DNA from: a virus
Strand: one strand, 5' to 3'
IMG/VR virus record: IMGVR_UViG_3300021168_000053
Length of the DNA: 40,716 nucleotides
The notes beneath the pieces are model-generated. The model did no database searches. It saw nothing but the letters and a program-made list of their open reading frames with translations, and was not told the origin of the DNA. Position 1 is the first letter of the stretch. Each line of letters opens with the position of its first letter. This document shows positions 33,242-40,716 of this stretch, piece by piece. Position numbers and translations under genes: made by a program.

Positions 33242-34114
33242 GTGATATTCCCCGAGCCACCGCAATCCAAGCGCCAGGCTGTACTGGAGCAGGTCTTCGC
33301 TCCTTGTGAGCTGGACTATCCCTGGCTCAGGAACCGGACAATATTTCTCACACTCCACGGATCGCACGCCCATGGCACCAATCGTGAGGGCAGCGACTAT
33401 GACGTAAAGGGCATCTGCCTCCCGCCTCTCGAACATTACTGCGGACTCCGGCGTGACAAGCACATGTTCCAGCAAGTTGACCGGCATAACCCTATTGACC
33501 TGGTCATCTACGAGCTTCAGAAGTTCTTGAAGCTTGCAGCCAACTGCAATCCGACCATTATCGAAATTCTCTTCACTGATCATGCGCACCATCTGCATCT
33601 GACAAGCGTTGGGGATGAGCTGCTACGACATCGGGACCTGTTCATCTCGAAACGAGCAAAGTCCTCTTTCGGAGCATATGCGAAGGATCAATTCGACAAG
33701 ATCAAACGTCATCGAAGCTGGCTAACGAGTCCTCCCAAGGAGTCAGATAGCCCTGAATGGGTGGCCTATCAGAACCACTTGAAAACACGGAACCAGAAGC
33801 GTCTGGAGCTAGAGAAAAGGTTCGGTTACGACACGAAACATGCTTTTCACCTAGTGCGACTACTTCGGATGGCCTTGGAAATCACGCGTGACGGTGTTGT
33901 ACTAGTCACACGACCCGATGCAGGTGAGCTTCTCCGTATCAAGGATGGAGCCTGGTCATTTGAAGAACTGACTGAGTGGGTAGATCGTCAGTACGCACTG
34001 ATTGATGCCGCCTTCAGGACTTCAGCCGTCCCTGAGGTGTGCAACATAGAGGCTATTGAGCGCCTCTGTGTGGACATAACACGACAAACGCTGGAGCGAG
34101 ATATCGCCGGATAG
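33242..34114 (+). CDS. Putative nucleotidyltransferase (Pol-beta superfamily, MNT-type) with a C-terminal helical domain
   Basis: LHGSHAHGTNREGSDYDVKGI matches the GS-x9-13-DxD minimal nucleotidyltransferase signature. 290 aa. Confidence 0.55.
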   Translation: MIFPEPPQSKRQAVLEQVFAPCELDYPWLRNRTIFLTLHGSHAHGTNREGSDYDVKGICLPPLEHYCGLRRDKHMFQQVDRHNPIDLVIYELQKFLKLAANCNPTIIEILFTDHAHHLHLTSVGDELLRHRDLFISKRAKSSFGAYAKDQFDKIKRHRSWLTSPPKESDSPEWVAYQNHLKTRNQKRLELEKRFGYDTKHAFHLVRLLRMALEITRDGVVLVTRPDAGELLRIKDGAWSFEELTEWVDRQYALIDAAFRTSAVPEVCNIEAIERLCVDITRQTLERDIAG

Positions 34115-34128
34115 CTACTCGAAACTGG

Positions 34129-34746
34129 ATGAAGGAGTTGATGATGGCCATTTTCGGCAAGCGCGGCAAGACACTCTTGGCCTCGATCCCCGTGTTTATG
34201 AGTGGACCGGACAATCGTGATCCTAGACGCGTACTTCTTCTCCAAGCCGACTTCCGAAGTAATGAATGGGAGGAACTCTGCAAGGACTTTCTTCTGTGCA
34301 ATCTTCGGAGCAGATCTTTCACTGCCCACGTGTGCGTCCGGTGTCAGCATCGGACGGCTCTGAAACTATGGTCAGAGAAGCCCCAGGAATGCCCTGAAGA
34401 GGATGCTCGCCGATTCAGCTTCCGGTGTTATAATGATCTCTGCAATGAAACCTTTAGCAACAACGGTCTAGTGCGACAATCTGACGAACACGCCATTCTG
34501 CAACTGATCGATCCGCAGCATTTCAATGCCATTCCTGAACTGCCGAACACAGCTGTCCTGACTGGGTTCGGCGATGATGTACAGCGCAATGAGCGCGTCA
34601 TCCTTCTCCGCGGCAATAATCCAATCTTCCAGGACCCCGCCAAGATCCTCGACTTCGGGTTCTATGGCGGAGCATGGGTCGAAGTAATAGCTGGGGAACA
34701 TCAATGCCGGATCAACCTGGGAGGAGTTATAATCAAACGGAGATGA
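34129..34746 (+). CDS. Hypothetical protein, 205 aa (several Cys; CVRCQH...C...C)
   Basis: ORF. Stop overlaps the next start (ATGA). Confidence 0.45.
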   Translation: MKELMMAIFGKRGKTLLASIPVFMSGPDNRDPRRVLLLQADFRSNEWEELCKDFLLCNLRSRSFTAHVCVRCQHRTALKLWSEKPQECPEEDARRFSFRCYNDLCNETFSNNGLVRQSDEHAILQLIDPQHFNAIPELPNTAVLTGFGDDVQRNERVILLRGNNPIFQDPAKILDFGFYGGAWVEVIAGEHQCRINLGGVIIKRR

Positions 34747-35084
34747 TCAGCGAAGATGAAGAGTGGGAGCTGCGGCTAGAGAACGCCCGCCTGCGTGCTC
34801 GCGTTTTCGAGCTTGAACAGTCGATCGCCAAACATCGTGCCGCCGACGGTAACGACCTCTGCTGGGAAAACAACCTGGAACTCTGGGCAACGCTGAAGGA
34901 CGACGTTCCGTATCCGCACAAAAGCATTCCACCGTGGCCGCAATTCCTATCGAATTGCGTGAAGTACCGATCCCAACTGGATGCTCCTCAGCCGATCGCA
35001 CCAAGTGCGAGTAAACCACTCGACAGGTGGTTCGACTCGAAATGGACCGGCATCCTCAATGCCGCGAGCAAGACCAAACGTTAG
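34743..35084 (+). CDS. Hypothetical protein, 113 aa (ORF track start 34674)
   Basis: GGAG lies 4 nt before ATG 34743. Translationally coupled to the upstream gene. Confidence 0.4.
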   Translation: MISEDEEWELRLENARLRARVFELEQSIAKHRAADGNDLCWENNLELWATLKDDVPYPHKSIPPWPQFLSNCVKYRSQLDAPQPIAPSASKPLDRWFDSKWTGILNAASKTKR

Positions 35085-35605
35085 TCCCAATTGCCGCGGA
35101 TGTAGTCTTTGTACCGCCAGGTCTTACCAGTAACGTGATCGTTGACTTGCCCGTCCTGTGCTCTGATAGTACGGCGCTTGTCGCCACGCATCCCCGAGCC
35201 CACCTGGCGTTTCCTATCGTCTGCCCTAGCTGAGACCACCTTCTCCTGCTCTACGGCCCATAGACGCGAACGCAGAAGCTCCAAAGCTAGCTGGCGGTTA
35301 TGGTGCTGACTTCGCCCGTCTTCAACACGCACCTGGAGCTTCGTTGGGATGTGCGTGATCTGGACAGCTGACTCTGTTTTATTGCGGTGCTGTCCACCAG
35401 GTCCAGATCCACGGCAGGTGGACCACTCCAGGTCTCTTGGATCTATGCGAACTTGGGCTTCGGTGGGATCCGGGAGAACAGCTACCGTGATTGTTGAGGT
35501 ATGAACGCGTCCACGCTTCTCATTTGGGGGGATCCGCTGCCAACGGTGGCCGCCAGACTCATCGCGGAAAGCCACATCAGCACCGACACCGCCAGCACGA
35601 AACAC
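35081..35605 (-). CDS. Truncated class-I peptide chain release factor homologue (PrfH/RF-H-like). It keeps the GGQ domain and part of domain 2/4, and lacks domain 1. GTG start at 35605; the frame is open to 35665.
   Basis: RAGGVGAD...ESGGHRWQRIPPNEKRGRVHTSTITVAVLP...RGSGPGGQHRNKTESAVQITHIPT...EDGRSQHHNRQLAL aligns with RF1/RF2 from the RAGTGGDE block onward, with the middle segment deleted. An in-frame TGA at 35666-35668 is preceded by non-RF sequence. Confidence 0.7.
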   Translation of the reverse strand: MFRAGGVGADVAFRDESGGHRWQRIPPNEKRGRVHTSTITVAVLPDPTEAQVRIDPRDLEWSTCRGSGPGGQHRNKTESAVQITHIPTKLQVRVEDGRSQHHNRQLALELLRSRLWAVEQEKVVSARADDRKRQVGSGMRGDKRRTIRAQDGQVNDHVTGKTWRYKDYIRGNWD

Positions 35606-35897
35606 CAGAACCCCAGGCCGTTGTTCGACGATGGCGATGTCAAAGACCCCTCCGATCCGCCAGTTTCATGTAGATCGCGAATTGCTCTAAAACCAACAAC
35701 TTGGCATCATCCCCGCCCTCGGCCGCCCTGATTTCGACAGTAAGTCCCATTGCACTATCCTTGGATCAGAAAATACATTAGCAGATTTACTCGATGTCGA
35801 GCAGAAGGAAAGCCCCTCCCGTCCTCGGTAACGCGAGGGGGGAGAAACCACGCCACTAAAGACGAGAGGGGCTAAAGCTCGTTGAGGGTGGAGCTGG

Positions 35898-36185
35898 TCA
35901 TCGAATTGCTGCTCCAGCTGCCTTGAGGGACTCGACGGTAGCGACTGCAAGGCTGTGAGATCCGTGGCTCATCATGCAACCACGATTGTCAACGAAAGCA
36001 TAGGCGTTGTTGCCGAAAGCATCCTTGAAAGCGAAGACAATGGTGCCTTCCTTGAAGGCTGCATCAAGCGACCCCATCCGCTCCGCCTTAGGGAACACCT
36101 GCCACACCTTCCGAAAGTCGAGGCCGCTCCAACTCACCTGAGTGATGTTGCTGTCATCGACTTCCTGCGCTGCTCCCCGAGACAT
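35898..36185 (-). CDS. Hypothetical protein, 95 aa
   Basis: ORF. A GC-rich hairpin (35813-35842) lies downstream on the minus strand. Confidence 0.4.
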   Translation of the reverse strand: MSRGAAQEVDDSNITQVSWSGLDFRKVWQVFPKAERMGSLDAAFKEGTIVFAFKDAFGNNAYAFVDNRGCMMSHGSHSLAVATVESLKAAGAAIR

Positions 36186-36230
36186 TGTTTACGTCTAACC
36201 GGCATGTGCTTAATTTTCAAGTAGCTAATT

Positions 36231-36611
36231 TCACGCTCGCCGTTGGTCTGGGGTAACCCTCAGCAAATCCACTCTTTCTTTCGACTCATCCTGCCATTGC
36301 CGGAATGCATGCCGTAATGCGATGTCATCTGTTCGGAATCCGGCGTTGTAACGATGCTGATGGATCAGCTTCCTCAGCTCGCGACGCCCCTCTTTGGTTA
36401 CTGCGAGCTGGAGGCCGTTTTCGATCGCCTCGTCAAGAGCGTCTCTGCTTTCGATTGACGCGAAGATCTCTTCGTCGACACGGGGTTTTCGACCTTCGAG
36501 GACGGCTCGGAGTGCAGTGGCGATCGAGGCGTTCTGAGCAACAGCTTGTCGGATAGTTCTGCAAAACCAGGGGTAGTCTCCCATAGTCTGATCGTAACGG
36601 GCACCGACCAT
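36231..36611 (-). CDS. Hypothetical protein, 126 aa
   Basis: ORF only. Confidence 0.45.
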   Translation of the reverse strand: MVGARYDQTMGDYPWFCRTIRQAVAQNASIATALRAVLEGRKPRVDEEIFASIESRDALDEAIENGLQLAVTKEGRRELRKLIHQHRYNAGFRTDDIALRHAFRQWQDESKERVDLLRVTPDQRRA

Positions 36612-36652
36612 GCTTTACTATCTTGACTTCTCCGATTCTCCCGTTTAGATGA

Positions 36653-36847
36653 ATGATCCACATGACACCTATCACCGTCCACAAAGATGGCGAAGACGCT
36701 GTGATCACAGATGCACATGGCAACGGAGTCCGAATCCATCACCACGACATCCACAGCGTCATCGAACAGCTACATGAAATCAAGAAGTTGATTAACGAGG
36801 CGCCACCACCTGGCGGCGACCCGCCAGGAAGCAAAGGAGATCCGTAG
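36653..36847 (+). CDS. Small His-rich hypothetical protein, 64 aa
   Basis: ORF only (HGNGVRIHHHDIHS). Confidence 0.3.
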   Translation: MIHMTPITVHKDGEDAVITDAHGNGVRIHHHDIHSVIEQLHEIKKLINEAPPPGGDPPGSKGDP

Positions 36848-36849
36848 GA

Positions 36850-37092
36850 TTAGTTCGAGTCGTCATTGTTGTCGTCGTCCATGTCTACTTCCACATCAAG
36901 ATCTGACATGCGATGCACCCAATCGAGGGCATCGGCGACATCTTTCCCACCGGCTTCGCAAATCGGTTCATAGGCTTCTGGTCCAAGCCCCATCAGGTCG
37001 TAGATCAGGTCGCGGTAATTGCCACCTTGCTCAAGGTGCTCCTTGAGCTTCTGGAAGACCCAGGAGAGCTGTTCGACGGTCGGCTTCTCCAT
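36850..37092 (-). CDS. Small acidic hypothetical protein, 80 aa (C-terminal DVEVDMDDDNNDDSN)
   Basis: ORF only. Confidence 0.4.
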   Translation of the reverse strand: MEKPTVEQLSWVFQKLKEHLEQGGNYRDLIYDLMGLGPEAYEPICEAGGKDVADALDWVHRMSDLDVEVDMDDDNNDDSN

Positions 37093-37095
37093 CTT

Positions 37096-37521
37096 CTAAT
37101 GCGCCGTGGACCATGCGTCCTTTTGTTGCTCAGAAACAAAGATCACACGCAGGTGGTATTCGTCACAATCTTGTCCTGCATGAATCTTCATTACAGCATT
37201 AGCAGAATCTACCACCTCGCAGGCGAATCCTCTTCGCTCGCACAGGCGCCTGGTCATCTCAAAAGCATGCTCGTAGATATTTGCTTGATCCCGCGGAATG
37301 CTGAAGTAATCGCCTTCGCAATCGAGTTCCGCCAGCTTCATGAACATGATTTCGACTACATCTTCCGCACTAAGTACGTCAGTGATCATGTTTCCCGGAA
37401 CCGCAAATAGCAGGTAACGAGGATCAGCCTCAAGCAGATTCATTACGGCTTGCCTCATCTTCGATCTTCTCGACGAGCCAATGCTTGGCAAGATGCGCGA
37501 AGCCCTTATCGAAATCACCAT
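37096..37521 (-). CDS. Hypothetical protein (141-aa ORF; real start probably an internal Met near 37443-37458)
   Basis: The ORF overlaps its upstream neighbour by 91 nt unless an internal start is used. Confidence 0.4.
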   Translation of the reverse strand: MVISIRASRILPSIGSSRRSKMRQAVMNLLEADPRYLLFAVPGNMITDVLSAEDVVEIMFMKLAELDCEGDYFSIPRDQANIYEHAFEMTRRLCERRGFACEVVDSANAVMKIHAGQDCDEYHLRVIFVSEQQKDAWSTAH

Positions 37522-37939
37522 TTTTCAGATGATCTTCGATATCGTCACGCCTGCCGATCACCTTCGCGCGCCACTTGGACTTGCTTGTGCCATAGGTGAC
37601 AACAAATTCTTCATCGGAGATTTTCTGGAGTACACGCCACGGATGCTGATCGATGACAAGAGCACGATATCCAAAGGCCTGCTCCAGATCCGCCGGAGCT
37701 TCCCAGACATCGTTTGGCTCTCCCCTTCCCTTCTCCACAAGCTCGTACCAGGGGTACGCCATCGCCTTTGGAGGGGCCTCAGGGAATGGCTCGTGACCGT
37801 TGAGCAGCCTCGTAAGAAGCGCCGAATGAGCAATATCGATCTCCAGCTGAGAGACAGAGGTTGGCATTGGATGCCCCTCTCTTTCTCTGACCTTGAGCCA
37901 CCTGATGAGGCATTGGATCGAGAAACCCCGCGTAGTCAT
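37430..37939 (-). CDS. Hypothetical protein, 169 aa
   Basis: ORF only. Confidence 0.45.
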   Translation of the reverse strand: MTTRGFSIQCLIRWLKVREREGHPMPTSVSQLEIDIAHSALLTRLLNGHEPFPEAPPKAMAYPWYELVEKGRGEPNDVWEAPADLEQAFGYRALVIDQHPWRVLQKISDEEFVVTYGTSKSKWRAKVIGRRDDIEDHLKNGDFDKGFAHLAKHWLVEKIEDEASRNESA

Positions 37940-38066
37940 TGGAAGACCTCACTCACGACGATAAGAGCATACGCCGATCAGATCGCCCTTGGCTACCGAG
38001 GTCATAACGGTGCATGACCAAGACCACCTAGTTGTTGCGGAAATGTTCGAGATCTTCGTCAGCTTC

Positions 38067-38279
38067 TCAGCTCTCTCGAACGATATCCAGTGCCCTCTGC
38101 GCAAATGCGACAACTCCGGCATATCTCTCCCGATTGGCCTGATCCTCACTTACTAGAGAATTGACGGTTCTCAGGAGTTCAAGGATGGCCTCTCGCGCCA
38201 CATCGGTGCCCATTTTCAGGCCTTCGCAACGCTTTTCGAGTAGAGAGATCCGATGACCAAGAGCGGCATAAATGCTCAT
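38067..38279 (-). CDS. Small hypothetical protein, 70 aa
   Basis: ORF, helical/coiled-coil-like. Confidence 0.35.
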   Translation of the reverse strand: MSIYAALGHRISLLEKRCEGLKMGTDVAREAILELLRTVNSLVSEDQANRERYAGVVAFAQRALDIVRES

Positions 38280-38369
38280 CGCCCTCTCCTTCCTTCTAGG
38301 AACGGGCTGTTACCGATCCGAAATAAGAATACGCCATGCCGTAAAACACGCTAGCTACCGATCAAAGAT

Positions 38370-40106
38370 CTAGTTACTCCTGGCCTTTAGGAATTGCTCC
38401 GCAAGTCGTTTAATGTTGTCCTCGCCTGTATCAAGATTCTCAATCAATTCGGCATCTGGATCACGCGTGCCCTCAATCTGCTGCTTCTTGATCTGTAGAA
38501 CGTCGGCCACAACAGGATCAGACCCATGTTCCGAAATCAGGTAATAAGCACTGACTGGATCTGGTTGACCGTCACGATAAACTCTTCCAATACACTGTTC
38601 ATGGACACCTGGAGACCAGTCCAGCTCGCCGAACACTACATTGTGGCAAACATGCTGAAGACCATCTAATCCAGCGCCAGCACGTAGTGAGATAATGAGC
38701 AGCGGCGTCTCCCCTTCCACGAACCGTCGCTTTGCCTCTTCCTTCTGGGGGATGCTCTGCTCGCCCGTATAGAATGCTGGCGAGTAGCCTCTGAGCATAT
38801 CTCGCCACAGATCGTAAACTTCGTGATGCCAGCCGTAGAGGACAACTTTCTCTTCCTGTTCCAGCATCAACTTGACGAATTCGGCGACGTATGGAGCCTT
38901 CGCCAAGCCGGTTGCCTTCCGAAGGACCCAGCTCAGCTCCTGGGCCGCCATCATCTTCTCGCCGCGCTTCGTTTCGCCTTGCTGCTGGAGAATGATCCTT
39001 GCCAGCTCAGCCGCATTCGACTCAACCTTCTGTAGCTCACTCAGATTGGCGTCGATGTAGTGTGGAATGATCGAGAGGGCTGGAAGCTCTCTCTTCACGT
39101 CCTGCCGCGTACGCCGGAGCATGAAACCTTCCTGGCGCATGTACGTACCGAAAGCTTTCGGGTCTCCTATCCTCGGTTTGTCTCCATACGTGTGCGTGCA
39201 CCACTCGCGCTGAAATTCATCCCACTTGCCAAGCCCGTCGGGACAAATTGTCTGCATGACGTGGTAGAACTCACCACCATAGTTGTAGATCGGCGTTGCT
39301 GATAACCCCATGCGGTATTTCGCCACCTCGGACAACCGAAGTGCAGCATGATATTTGAGACTGTCGGAGTGCCGAAGCTCCTGGCATTCGTCATAGACCA
39401 CAGAACGAATGACGGGGAGCAACACATCTGCCCAGCCCTTCAATTTGCTATAGCTGATGATGATCACGTCTGGGAACAGCACTTTCTTGCCACGCGGTCC
39501 CTTGCAGAGATCGTATGGCGTTCCCTTCTTCACGATATGAGTACGGAGCTTAGGAGCAAACTTGTTGATCTCGGCTTCCCATTGCCGGGGGAGATGCGTC
39601 AGCGTAACTACCAATGCTGGTAGCGTCTCAGGGTCTGTCAGCGTGCATATCGCTGAGACTGTCTTCCCCAAGCCAACATCATCCGCAAGCAACAGCCGTC
39701 CAGACGTAAGCACCATATCAGCTGCCAGACGCTGGTACTCACGTGGTGGTAACGCCAGGTCGAAGTGGGGTGCCTCGTATTTCTCGTGGAGGAGCCGGTT
39801 GATCTTCTCCTCCATCTCTTTGTGCTCAGCGACTCGTCGCTCTAGCTCCTCTGCTGGATCAACCTCCATAGGGAATCGCTGAAGAAACCAGTACAGCTCG
39901 CGGCCATTGATTGGCGTGTCGTCCAGGTAGGCCACGCCAATTTGCTTTTTGTTGATCCGCTCGAACACACGCTTCAAGCGCACCATGATGTGGGGCTGTG
40001 TCTCGATCCTCCAAGCCCTACCATTCCCATAGTCAACGAGCGATACCTTGCCGAAGTTCAAAACGCGCTCCCAATCAATGGAACAACGTAGACTTCCTTG
40101 CCACAC
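38370..40106 (-). CDS. SNF2/RAD54-family (superfamily 2) helicase-like ATPase. An alternative start at 39989 would reduce the 49-nt overlap with the upstream gene.
   Basis: Motif I LLLADDVGLGKTV, motif II VVYDECQEL, motif III LSATPIYN. C-terminal helicase-C motifs LRAGAGLDGLQ and QCIGRVYRDGQ. 578 aa. Confidence 0.8.
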   Translation of the reverse strand: MWQGSLRCSIDWERVLNFGKVSLVDYGNGRAWRIETQPHIMVRLKRVFERINKKQIGVAYLDDTPINGRELYWFLQRFPMEVDPAEELERRVAEHKEMEEKINRLLHEKYEAPHFDLALPPREYQRLAADMVLTSGRLLLADDVGLGKTVSAICTLTDPETLPALVVTLTHLPRQWEAEINKFAPKLRTHIVKKGTPYDLCKGPRGKKVLFPDVIIISYSKLKGWADVLLPVIRSVVYDECQELRHSDSLKYHAALRLSEVAKYRMGLSATPIYNYGGEFYHVMQTICPDGLGKWDEFQREWCTHTYGDKPRIGDPKAFGTYMRQEGFMLRRTRQDVKRELPALSIIPHYIDANLSELQKVESNAAELARIILQQQGETKRGEKMMAAQELSWVLRKATGLAKAPYVAEFVKLMLEQEEKVVLYGWHHEVYDLWRDMLRGYSPAFYTGEQSIPQKEEAKRRFVEGETPLLIISLRAGAGLDGLQHVCHNVVFGELDWSPGVHEQCIGRVYRDGQPDPVSAYYLISEHGSDPVVADVLQIKKQQIEGTRDPDAELIENLDTGEDNIKRLAEQFLKARSN

Positions 40107-40522
40107 ATGCGGTCCGGCATCCGATCAAGCTGAATTCGGCTGGTTACCAGCATCACGGCGCCAACCTTATCGCTCCGGCAGTAGCGATGGAGTTGCCTGG
40201 TTACTGCGGACAGAGCGCCGTCAATCTTGACCTCGACACCCAAGGCAAACGGCGTGTCCAAGTCGAGGACAAAGTCGATCGTCCCGAATTCCCCGAGATT
40301 AACCTCCCGCTGATAGGTGAATGGGTGACTTTTGAACAGTCTTTCCAGTCCATCTTGAAGATCTGTTTCTCTTGCAAACCTGAATCTGGTCCTTCTGATG
40401 GCATGCTCCACCACGCTCGCGACAGCCATGCTGGGCATCGTCGGTGCCTTCTCGCGAAAGCATTCCGGGCAGCCGATCGGTGTTTGACCGTGTTTACACA
40501 TCCCAACGGAGCTTGTACTCAT
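40058..40522 (-). CDS. Putative nuclease: N-terminal Cys4 zinc finger plus PD-(D/E)xK (restriction-endonuclease-like/VRR-NUC-like) core
   Basis: CKHGQTPIGCPEC. Then GTIDFVLD...LGVEVK, a candidate D...E-x-K catalytic arrangement. 154 aa. Upstream of the SNF2 gene. Confidence 0.5.
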   Translation of the reverse strand: MSTSSVGMCKHGQTPIGCPECFREKAPTMPSMAVASVVEHAIRRTRFRFARETDLQDGLERLFKSHPFTYQREVNLGEFGTIDFVLDLDTPFALGVEVKIDGALSAVTRQLHRYCRSDKVGAVMLVTSRIQLDRMPDRMCGKEVYVVPLIGSAF

Positions 40523-40716
40523 CTGGGGAACTCGCGCACCTTCAGGTACTGCGGGAATTCATCAAAATCACCGCCTTTCTTGTCCTTGAGCCGAACAAGG
40601 AGTGGCTTGTACTCCGTTTTGTTTTGCAGCAATGAGAACTCGCCACAAACGACCCTGCCAGACGCACACCGAGACCCAAGCTGTTTCACGAAGACCGCTA
40701 CTTCCGCCTTTTGGCA
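40519..40716 (-). CDS. 3' end of a gene that continues beyond the window (C-terminal 65 aa ...RCASGRVVCGEFSLLQNKTEYKPLLVRLKDKKGGDFDEFPQYLKVREFPR)
   Basis: Own translation of the minus strand. The frame is open from 40716 to the TGA at 40519-40521, which overlaps the ATG of the downstream gene (ATGA). Confidence 0.4.
   Translation of the reverse strand, partial: CQKAEVAVFVKQLGSRCASGRVVCGEFSLLQNKTEYKPLLVRLKDKKGGDFDEFPQYLKVREFPR

Noticed and set aside
35606-35950. Possibility that the RF-like gene is a full-length prfB-type gene with a programmed frameshift
   Set aside because: The in-frame TGA (35666-35668) is only about 20 codons upstream of the GTG. Sequence upstream in all frames (for example ORF 35687..35950) shows no RF domain-1 or SPF/PxT-like similarity. 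The product is therefore a genuinely truncated PrfH-like factor, not a frameshifted RF2.
37949-38149. ORF 37949..38149(-) 66 aa
   Set aside because: It overlaps ORF 38067..38279 and has a weak Ser/Thr/Trp-rich composition. It was kept out of the feature list.
1-40716. CRISPR arrays, rRNA genes, integrase/transposase, virion structural genes
   Set aside because: No regularly spaced direct repeats, rRNA-like segments, or recognisable integrase, terminase, capsid or tail motifs were seen by eye. Their absence limits how firmly the element can be called a phage.

Overview
This is a gene-dense, strand-blocked region of roughly 55-60% GC with short (ATGA-type) gene overlaps. Most ORFs are small and have no recognisable family. 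There is a minus-strand tRNA cluster, an HNH-like protein, an SNF2 helicase next to a PD-(D/E)xK-like nuclease, and many auxiliary metabolic genes. I saw no virion structural genes, integrase, rRNA or CRISPR array. The picture fits an accessory region of a large phage or other mobile element with a high-GC host. That assignment is inference only.

Families recognised from motifs:
- SPFH/band-7-like protein, 5' partial (1..1430)
- DEDDh 3'-5' exonuclease (2700..3194)
- CsaA/Trbp111-type tRNA-binding protein (4194..4550)
- ADP-ribosylglycohydrolase (6794..7642)
- dephospho-CoA kinase CoaE (7643..8287) and phosphopantetheine adenylyltransferase CoaD (32693..33187)
- GHKL ATPase fused to an HExxH metallopeptidase-like domain (8320..9858)
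- HNH-like protein (11082..11438)
- protein with a C-terminal J-domain (12792..13718)
- four to six tRNA or tRNA-like genes (14481..15801)
- PTH2-type peptidyl-tRNA hydrolase with a frame anomaly (15818..16630)
- NadD-type NMN/NaMN adenylyltransferase (19955..20539)
- NT5C deoxyribonucleotidase (21098..21703)
- a polynucleotide kinase-phosphatase split into a P-loop kinase gene and a HAD phosphatase gene (21911..22973)
- lambda-phosphatase-like PPP phosphoesterase (22978..23736)
- MNT-type nucleotidyltransferase (33242..34114)
- truncated GGQ release-factor homologue, PrfH-like (35081..35605)

The most interesting locus is a plus-strand operon at 24405..32696. It encodes a PP2C phosphatase, a protein kinase with a beta-propeller, a PncA-type nicotinamidase, a zinc ribbon, a vWA (TerY-like) protein and an 858-aa TPM-domain membrane protein. 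This is a TerY-P-like phosphorylation triad with an embedded NAD-salvage enzyme and a TPM partner.

Two broader themes recur and may be counter-defence toolkits:
- translation-apparatus maintenance or repair: the tRNAs, CsaA, Pth2, the PrfH-like factor and the split Pnkp
- NAD/ADP-ribose/CoA nucleotide-cofactor metabolism: the ADP-ribosylglycohydrolase, NadD, PncA, CoaD and CoaE
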